A DNA stretch of 60,219 nucleotides, the filler included, from Dugesia japonica (Eukaryota): NCBI GenBank assembly GCA_001938525.1. It is 6 parts of 6 records of this genome, joined end to end, with 100 filler letters (N's around TTAATTAATTAA, not from the genome) between each part and the next. Parts side by side here need not be neighbours in the genome. Positions count along the whole stretch, not along the records: positions 48,364 to 60,219 come from MQRL01615260.1; 5 more parts are not named here. One strand, given 5' to 3'. The notes beneath the pieces were generated by a model. It saw only the letters and a list, made by a program, of their open reading frames with translations. It made no database searches and had not been told where the DNA came from. The position numbers were made by a program, and so were the translations under genes. This document shows positions 51,076-60,219 of the stretch, piece after piece. Positions within the stretch are counted from its first letter, which is position 1; every line of letters begins with the position of its first letter.

Positions 51076-53782
51076 TCATTTAAAACAAAATGTTTAAATA
51101 ATAAAATTATTATTCTAACAGAAAAAATAACAAATTTTTCGGAATATTAAAATGTTAAATTAGCATCTATTAGTGAGTGCTTTTTAATGCGATATTAATG
51201 TTTTTCCGATGGTTCAAAAAGATGACACCGAAGATAAATTAAATTAAACATTAGAATATATATTACAACCAACATAAACACTTAATTTAGAAGAAGTAGG
51301 TTTTTATGTTTTTAGACGAATAAATTCTGATTGTATTAGAATAAGCAATATTAATTATTACAGTTCTTTCAAAAATATTATAAAATTACATTACTTTGCT
51401 TAAAAATCTATTAACTTAATTTATAATAAAGATACTGAACCAAATGTAATTTGATGTCAACCGCAGAAATGAAAATTTTGCCATCTAGAGATTTTCCAGC
51501 GACCAAATTAAATGATAATCAGACTGTACGAGGTCAGAACAATAGAAGGAATGAGGCAAAACTTCCCAACTAAGCTGTAAAACCTTTTGTCAAATGAACA
51601 AATATGTATGTGACTAGAACAATACTTTGTTAAACATAATTATTTATCAAACAAAAAACATTTAAATAAAGCATTCATAAAAAATGCGCACTGACTTAAT
51701 TACCAACCTAATATTTTTAAAAAATAATTAAATAATAAATTATATTTATGAAATAAACTATCAATTAACAAACTATTTATTTGCTTCAATTAGTATCGAC
51801 GGAATAACTGTCATAGCCAATCAACTAATAATTATTAAACTTTTTAAAAAGTTTAAATAATTATATAATTATATAATGTGCAATCTCAATAAATAATCAA
51901 CAAAATAATTTTAAGAGCGATGTTGAATCTGTTAATTGGGCATTCATTTTAGGATTTGTTTTCCTATATCACCGAAGCTTAACAAATCACTAGCTCCCAA
52001 TTATTATTAAATTCCCTGCACAAGATTTTAAAAACAGATAACCCTATTAAATTTATACATTTTCTTCGGTGCTCAACAATATTAATATTTAATCAGTTTT
52101 AACTTTGGTCTTTTACTCGGGTGCAGAGATGACGGGAAGTATCTCTAATGTAAGGTTTGTTACATCGTTTACATTTAAATTGATAGACCAGATCAGAGCA
52201 CAAGACTAAAGAGGTTATAGATTTCTTATTGAAAATATTTATAACATTGATAATTTATTCCATTATTATTTTTTCAGTTATACACAATTCATTTTCAGTT
52301 TGATGGTGGATGTAATTATGAAGTATTGTTATGCCTCCAATCAGATAAAACATTAAGAACTTGGAACAGGCTGATAATACGATTAGTAGTACACACGCCG
52401 GCACAATTTCTCATAAGAATGTGAAATAATCGGGATGCCTCTGAATATAGAATACCTAGAATTATTATTATTGCAGAAGGTTGACGTAACGGATAGCAAT
52501 AGTTACTCCGGCGTCATCAGTCAAAATTATGGATATATTTTGAAGGTATTTCAAAGGATTCTTGAAAACAGAAGACTTCATACATGCCAGCCGCTTGAAG
52601 TATTGTAATACCATNACAGAAAACATACCGCATCCAAAACGAAACATTTTTCTTGTAGTTTCTACTTTTAATAGCATTTATTGAGTATTTATAATATGAA
52701 TAAATAAATATTTATGTTAAATATCGTTGTTTTTATTATAAATTATTATAAAAATTAAAATTAAATACATATTTTTATTATTTTATAATTAAAATTATTG
52801 TGAGAATAATTGTTGGACTTAACCATTGATCGCATTTGAGATTTCATTANNNNNNNNNNNNNNNNNNNNNNNNNNNNNNNNNNNNNNNNNNNNNNNNNNN
52901 NNNNNNNNNNNNNNNNNNNNNNNNNNNNNNNNTCTTCTTCAGGAACATATTTTTATTAATTTATCAAAAATATTTAACTGTCGATCATATTCTGTTAAAA
53001 TAAAATGCAGGGAATCAACTGTTTGGAGAATCACATTTTCAGAGGGTCAACTGTCCAAGAGATCTACTGTCCGACGGATCCAGTGTTATGGATCAAATTT
53101 CATGAAATTGTTTCATTGATGTGCATCTTTCCAGCATTTAATAGGTTGAACTCCAAACTATTTGAACCTTTTGTATTAAGTGGCAAATTTAAATATTGTT
53201 GTAAAGTATTTTGCTGACTCGAGGCTGAGCTTTAAGTTTTGAAATTTTCCACTAGTTTCCTGCGTGTGCGAATTAATTGTTCAAATTCTGGAATAGAGTT
53301 AAATCACGTACTGGAAAATATGAGAAGCTCAAGAGCAATAGGCGCAGCCAACATCACTAAAAGACTTATTAATATTTTCTGAATTGTCGTTAATCACAGT
53401 GTGAATACCAGCACTACTAATTTCTCATTCATTTATAATCTGAACAATAGAATTTTTTAAATTGGTAGTTGTATGTCTTTTGTTGAATGTCAAACAAATA
53501 AGCTACGCAATTTCTAATTATTTTTTTTTTATTTATCCAATGACTAGTTAAAGACATAGAACTTTGAGTTGTTAATTAATTGATTCATAAATTAATTAAA
53601 ATGGTAATCTTGATAGTTGAAATCAAAGAAGCCAAAATATGTATTTTTAACTTTTTCAGAAAGTCCTGGCAAACTTCTTTCTCTAAAAATATATTTCATA
53701 TCTCGGCTGTAAACAGCAAGCTAAGTGAATAAATCCTGGATATTTCACCATGTGAATTGGCTGTATATCATTCTCTAAATAA

Positions 53783-55132
53783 GGTTACATGAGATTTAAA
53801 CTCGCGACAGATAATCACACGACACTTAAACACACGGACACTTAAACACACGACATTTAAACATACGACATTTAAACACAGTGACAGATTAACACGTGAC
53901 ACTTAAACGCACGAACATAGAATCCCAACAAAGTATGCATTTTAAACTTAACCAATACATTTTTTATAGCAACACTAGGTTATTTATAATTGTTTTATCA
54001 AGCTAATTAGACCTGGGCTTAATTGTTGTGATTATTTTGAAAATATTTCAAAATTTAAGAATAATTTGTATGTAGGTCTATAATTTTATTCTATACATAT
54101 AAAAAAATCGAACAAAAAAGTTGTAAAAGAGATTTGAAAATGTTTTGGTAAAAAACTAAGTTTTATTTTTAATGATTCAATAAATACTAATCAAAATACC
54201 AAGAAGAACAAAATGGATTCCTTTTACTTTTGTGTTGAAAAGTGAATGAAATTGAGATAAAGCAGGCAATAACACTGACACAATCGTTCGTGGAGCAGTT
54301 CGATGTATGCCTTCATGATGTTCTTGATGCTTTTGAGCTACTTGAAGATGAGATTGGTGAACTACACGAGAGAATACCAGAGCTTCTGTCATATTTTGAG
54401 AACACCTACATCCGTGGACGAAGACGGGCTGGACGAATTGACAACTACGGATCAAGTTTACTCCCTATCTAACATTGGAATAAACCTCAAGCCGCAGCCG
54501 AAGGTATTGCTAGAACAACAAATTCAATAGAAGGATGGCACTACGGTCTACATTCATTGTTCCAGTGTCATTACCTTACTCTCTGAAATTTCTTGGATGG
54601 CATCTCAAAAGATCTACAGAAGCAGAAGGAGAGTTTTCTGCAATTAATTTTTGTAATCAATCAACCGCAATAGAAAAGGTATCATTATTTGAAGGATCTT
54701 GTAGCCCGTGCAGTCAATCTTTATTTAGCTGCAGACGTTCTCTAGTTTTTGCGATCAATAGCTCAACTGTCTCACCAATANTTGTATATTAAATACATTG
54801 ATTTTTTTGTTTTTTACTATTATTCCTCGATTAATCTCTTTTACAACTTTTTCGTTCGATTATTTTATATGTATAGGATAAAATTATAGGCCTACATACA
54901 AATTAATTTTAAATTATATNNNNNNNNNNNNNNNNNNNNNNNNNNNNNNNNNNNNNNNNNNNNNNNNNNTTCGTGCGTTTAAATGTCACGTGTTAATCTG
55001 TCGCTGTAATTATATGTTGCGTGTTTAAATGTCGTATGTTTAAAGTTTGTGTGTTTAAGTGTCCGTGTGTTTAAATTTTATGTGTTTAAGTGTCGTGTGA
55101 TTATCTGTCGAGTGTTTAAATGTCGGCACACC
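53783..55132 (+). mobile_element. Internally deleted Mutator-like (MULE) element with long TIRs
   Basis: TIRs at ~53783-54135 and ~54833-55132 carry 15-bp GACACTTAAACACAC repeats. Flanks CTAAATAA/CTAAATAG are TSD-like. Transposase fragment LLSYFENTYI...HWN...RTTNSIEGWH. Confidence 0.88.
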
Positions 55133-57603
55133 CTAAATAGCGGCATAAATATTAATCGAAGAAACATGATTTATTAACTATTTATGTGACTTTTCGATAC
55201 ACTTAACATATTTTGTTGAACAGGCGCTTTACTAGGTGGCTTATAAAAAAAATATCTTCTTCTTTACATTTATGTTGAGTTTCAGAATGATGGATTTTTA
55301 AATGGCCAACTAAATTAGAAGAACTAAAAGTGTGCAATTTTCCGCCGGAATTTCAAGATATTATATAGTGGCACAGATTGCATTTCTCCAAATAACTATT
55401 GTCTTCAAAGATTTTAAAACAATCCCAAATAATACTTATTTTGATTAAGAGACATTTGAAAAAAATCATAACTTTTGTAAAACCAATTTTTTTTTGAAAC
55501 TTTGTTTTGATCAGTTTCATGGTATTAAAATATTTAAATCAAACAGACTTTGAAGTGATTTACAAATCTAAATTTTAATTTCCGAAGAATAAATCTACCG
55601 AAATTGAAATGTTTAAGACTGTCAAAATTTCGCCAACCAAAATCTGTACAACCGTATATTAAGTTTTTTAAAAAATCAATAATATTTATAAATGAACTCA
55701 TTTGAAGTAACTCATGTTACAATGGTGAATATAATAGATTTTGAATAATAATTAAAAATTAATAATTAACTCACAAATATTAATAATATTAATTTTATTT
55801 TAAAAATAATATCAATAATTATTAGTTTAAATGTAAAAGATAATTTAATATTAATCTCTAATAAATATATAACTCAAAATCAAAATATCAATTACGTATT
55901 GAAATATTTTTAAGTATTATCTAAAAAATCAGTTATATTTACACTTATTTAACAAATTATACAAGAAAATATTTACAAAAGTTGTTAGTTAAATCTACTT
56001 CAATTGACCTAGCTATGTAAATTATATCATTATTATAAATTACATTAGTAGATTATTGATGTTAAGTTTTATAATAATAATTTTTTAAATGACTTCATTG
56101 ATAGCGCATTAAAACGCATCCACCAACAGATGTTAATTTAATATTTTAATTTTCCAAATAATTTCTTATTCTTTGTTATCAGTATAATAATAATAATTTT
56201 ACTAAATGTTAGATGAATTTGAATTTTAAAAATAAAAAGATTCCATTTTAAATTTTTTGCAAAAACAAAGACAAAAAATATAAATTTCTTTATTAAACAA
56301 ATTAAACAAAATCCAACAATTTGTATCTTACTGAAATTTCCATAATTTTAAAAAATTTAATTTATTTATAAATATAAAATATTTTTAAAAAATTAGTTTA
56401 TACTAATAATTTTTGTAAACCACTTATTTAATTTGATTAATTACTTTATTTTCAAATTTAAAAACAAAAATTTCAAAAAAACTAACCATATGCATTTAAT
56501 ATTGGAAAATAATGAATATTTCTATTAATTATATTTTTAAAAAATTTTATCAAAATTATTTATAAATTAAAAAAAACCTTTTTACAAATTTTAGATTAAT
56601 TTATAATATAATAAACTAATTACATTTTAAAGATTTGCTGTTTAAAATTTTTTACGTTAAAAAATTGATTTTAAAAATTCAAATAAAAATTTTATATTCT
56701 TTACTCATATTTTTTAATCATTTAATTCTAATTATTTTCAATTTAAATTTCATAAAAGAAAAAATTCAGCTGTCTTAAACCAATCTAACATAATATTTTC
56801 TAGAATAAATCATACATCGAGCACTGATAATTCATCTATTTTATTTCGGTTTTTTATTACTTCAACCATTAACGACTAAAATAAAACTACAAGTGAAAAT
56901 AATGTTTAATTACTATTTATTTAAACAAAATTACAAAACAAAATGGTTTATGACAAAAAAATTTTTAAAAAAATAAAATTTAAACTTAGCATGCAGTATG
57001 TTAGATGAGTTTGAAGTACTCGTCGGATCATTAATGTCAAAACTCAATTCCATAAAAAATTTATTCACAAAACAAAACTGTACCCATCATTTTTTGCTTA
57101 TTCAAACAAAATATAACTCCGTGCTATAATTGGGAATTATTTTTAATAAATTTAAAATTTTAGATTAAACTTTCATTTCAAAATAATTCGAAAATTTAAG
57201 AAAACAATTATTTGTTATCAAAATCCCATTTGAAATTCTCCCAATATTTTAAAGCAAATAATCATTTGTTATTAAAACACTGTTTAACATTCTCCTAAAA
57301 TTTTTAAAACAAAATAGTCATTTGTTAGTTAAACATCATTTAAAATTCTTCCGAGATTTTAAAACAAAATTGTCATTTCTAAAAAATCTGCAATAAGTTG
57401 TTTATAAAAATATTTAAATTAATCTTTAAACTATTCATAATTTTTTTACAAAAAAATTTAATTTAATGTACTTTAATTTCTTAATTAATTTGTGACTTTC
57501 AATTTTTTTAAAAAAATATTTTTAAATATAATTTCCAACCAAAGCACTAAAATTTCAACTCGCTTTTCGAAACATACTCACACAGTAAATGAAAATTATC
57601 GTC

Positions 57604-57604
<1 letters not shown>

Positions 57605-57669
<65 letters not shown>

Positions 57670-57719
57670 NNNNNNNNNNNNNNNNNNNNNNNNNNNNNNN
57701 NNNNNNNNNNNNNNNNNNN

Positions 57720-57762
<43 letters not shown>

Positions 57763-57781
57763 GTAATAATAATAATAATAA
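57605..57781. repeat. (TAA)n microsatellite
   Basis: Pure AAT repeat with an internal gap. Confidence 0.98.
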
Positions 57782-59804
57782 GAAGAAGAAGAATGTTTTA
57801 ATACAGTGAATTTTAAACAAATTTATTTATATTATTATTTCTAAAAAACAATATAAACACTCATCTTACCTGAATAATCTTGTTCACAATTCACAGCACA
57901 GCATAAACAATGACATTTATTCATACACTACTGGCAAATTTTATTTTTTCATATATCATTAGTATCGTTTAGTGTTGCAATAATGAATTACTTTCATAAT
58001 AATTATAAGACAATCAAAGTTGCATTTCAATCAGGTGTACAAGACAATTTTGTAAAAATTTTCTAATATTGGTTAAATCAATCAAAAAGTTAAATTCTTG
58101 AAGAAGATGAAAGTCGAAACTTCGGATAACTACTTAAGAAAGAAATAAAAAGAAACAAAACAACATTTTGATTAAAGCTTTTAATATAATAAAATTGGAT
58201 AAAACTATTTAAATTTAGTAAAAGAGATAACAGAGTAAAGATGTATTAGAAATAGAGATTCAATAAAATATCTGAAGTGCTTCTTAGTTCGACCGGAACT
58301 TATATTAAAAATGTTTAAATTATTTTATTAATAATAGCAAATAAAAATCTTTCAAAAAATATTACTTAATAGATAATGTAAATAATATTGAAAATTAAAT
58401 AAATAGTTCAGCACGGTTTCATTCGTTCCCTTAGGGAGGTAAAATTTATTTCCCGTCCAATATTTTTTTCGATTTTTTGGTTTTCAAATTTTGTGCGTGG
58501 GCGTATGACGTCATTTATGAATTTAATTATTTTTTGTTTAAATTAACCGTTTTTTATGAATTTCTTCACAGAAAATCAGAGGAATAAATTACTTTTTATA
58601 TAAATTAACCAAAATTTTTCATTTTTTTATTTAATTTTTAAATCAACACTTAGAAACACTAAAATTGCATTTAATAATACAAAATTCTTACTCAACTCAA
58701 TTAAAAGTCAATATGTTAAAATGACAATCCATCTAATTAGAATTACAAGCAATCTTAGAAAATTGTACAAAATCACATAAATATTATAATTAATCACACA
58801 AAAATGTTATTCCATATTTTGAAAATAATAATTTATCAAAATTGGTTTTGCCGAAAAAAAGAGTGATATTAAATAAGTAAATCTGTAAAAATATTAATTT
58901 AATTTAATTAATAAACAAATCAAATAAATTTAATATTTTTATTGAAATTTAATTAGATTAATTTTTTTTATTAAAGATAATAAATTAAAAAATATACACA
59001 AGTATTCATTTTATCTCTTTAATTATTCTTGCATGTATTATTTGTAATTTACTATATTTACATGTAGTCATTAGTTACAAATAATACATAACATTTAGAA
59101 TTTTGTTTTCTTTTCATGTTTGAATATTTAGAAAATTCGTCTCAATATCTAGTGATAATTTCAAAAAAAGTCTACGAAAATACTGTTTTAAAGAAATATT
59201 TTATTAAATTATATTTTATTTTTAGGAAAATATGGTCAATGTAAAAATATGTTTACCACCAAATACGTGATAATAAATATAAAAATAAAATACATTTATA
59301 AATAATTTAAATACTTCGTTAATTAAGATTTTCTTTTGCGTTCGTTTTGTATTTCTTATTTTGTTTATGAAATATTCTAATTAATTTTTTTTCTAAATAA
59401 AACTATTAATAAAGAAATAAAATATACAATTTTTATATATTCTCCTACTTTTTACAATATTAAAAGCCCTGATTTATAAATATAAAATAAAATCTCTGGA
59501 TTAGTGTACTTCATTTTCTAAGACATTTTAATTTTGTATTTAAATTCGAAAGTGAATATTTGTTAATAATATACTTACTCCATCCCATTAGAAAAGCGGA
59601 TTTAATAAATTAAATTTTAATTTAGATAAATTGTTTTATATCTAATTGAGATTTGCTTTCAATAAATTTTTTGTTTAAATCTTTTAGAAATCACAATCGC
59701 TTCTGACTCTTTTCGTGAATTGATGCGTAATTAAATCATGCTTACAGTCTGCAACAAGATGTATTAGTGCGAAAGCATTTTCATCCAAATAAATAATTCT
59801 CGTC

Positions 59805-60219
59805 AGTAGGTGGTTAGGTGCTTTTCCAACCGGAAGTGACGTAATAACCGTCCACGCCTCTTTATGTAAATAACAATAGGTGTGAAATCTCACCTTTGCC
59901 CGCAATTTTCAAACGTTAATGTAAACAATGGACATAGATACTGAAAGTGTAAAAATTCACACCTTTAAAATAAACAATGACCTTAGATGTGAAATTTCAC
60001 ACTTCAGTTGACCTCAAATTAATTTTTTTATTGTTTTAGTTACCAAGAAAAAAAATCACACAATATTTATTATTGAAACTTATTTTTTTTGTTTTAATTA
60101 AAAAGAAAATAAATCACACATTATTTATTTTTTATTAAAAATTAAAAGCGCTGTGCATTGAGCATTAAAAAATTCAAATTAAGTTTTTTATTGTTTAATT
60201 AACATGAAAAATTTAACAC
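59805..60219 (+). mobile_element. Polinton/Maverick-type left terminus and TIR
   Basis: Starts AGTAGGTGGTTAGG, is homologous to the reverse complement of 1-63, and has three TGTGAAATTTCACA-like subterminal palindromes. Confidence 0.6.

Noticed and set aside
52480-52525. Hammerhead ribozyme on the minus strand (CTGATGACGCCGG...)
   Set aside because: The GAAA core and flanking stems are missing and no Penelope ORF is visible.
52300-52680. Possible host exons (for example VFYIQRHPDYF, resembling a Cys-loop channel)
   Set aside because: In-frame stop and no consistent splice or frame pattern.
57870-57924. Possible first exon MNKCHCLCCAVNCEQDYS with a GTAAGA donor (minus strand)
   Set aside because: Too short, with no identifiable downstream exon or family.
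1-60219. Reading 1-63 and 59805 onward as the two TIRs of one 60-kb giant element
   Set aside because: They are on different scaffolds joined by artificial linkers, they point away from the window interior, and they are only 46/63 identical.

Overview
This is very AT-rich eukaryotic (invertebrate) DNA and not one locus. Five artificial N-TTAATTAATTAA-N linkers (8988, 17967, 29408, 38341, 48308) join six unrelated scaffolds of about 9-12 kb. Scaffold 1 (1-8943) is nearly all an endogenous Polinton/Maverick-type (adintovirus-like) dsDNA virus. It carries a minor capsid protein, adenain protease, fibre-like genes, a membrane protein, a packaging ATPase and a 440-aa major capsid protein. It also carries one reading frame fusing a C2H2 zinc finger, a parvovirus-VP1-type phospholipase A2 and a retroviral-type integrase. 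The ORF track splits most of these genes because each has a single stop or frameshift. Polinton-type termini appear at 1-63 and from 59805. Scaffold 3 holds scrambled, more decayed remains of a second Polinton lineage (protease, fibre-like gene, pPolB, ATPase, core-like protein) mixed with Gypsy, hAT and foldback DNA. The rest is four degenerate Ty3/Gypsy elements, mariner, MULE, MITEs, satellites and host exons (CFAP52 last exon, four clan-3 cytochrome P450 exons, a type-I membrane protein tail). The host looks like a ciliated invertebrate such as a planarian, which is inference only. All calls come from manual translation and motif recognition; no searches were run.
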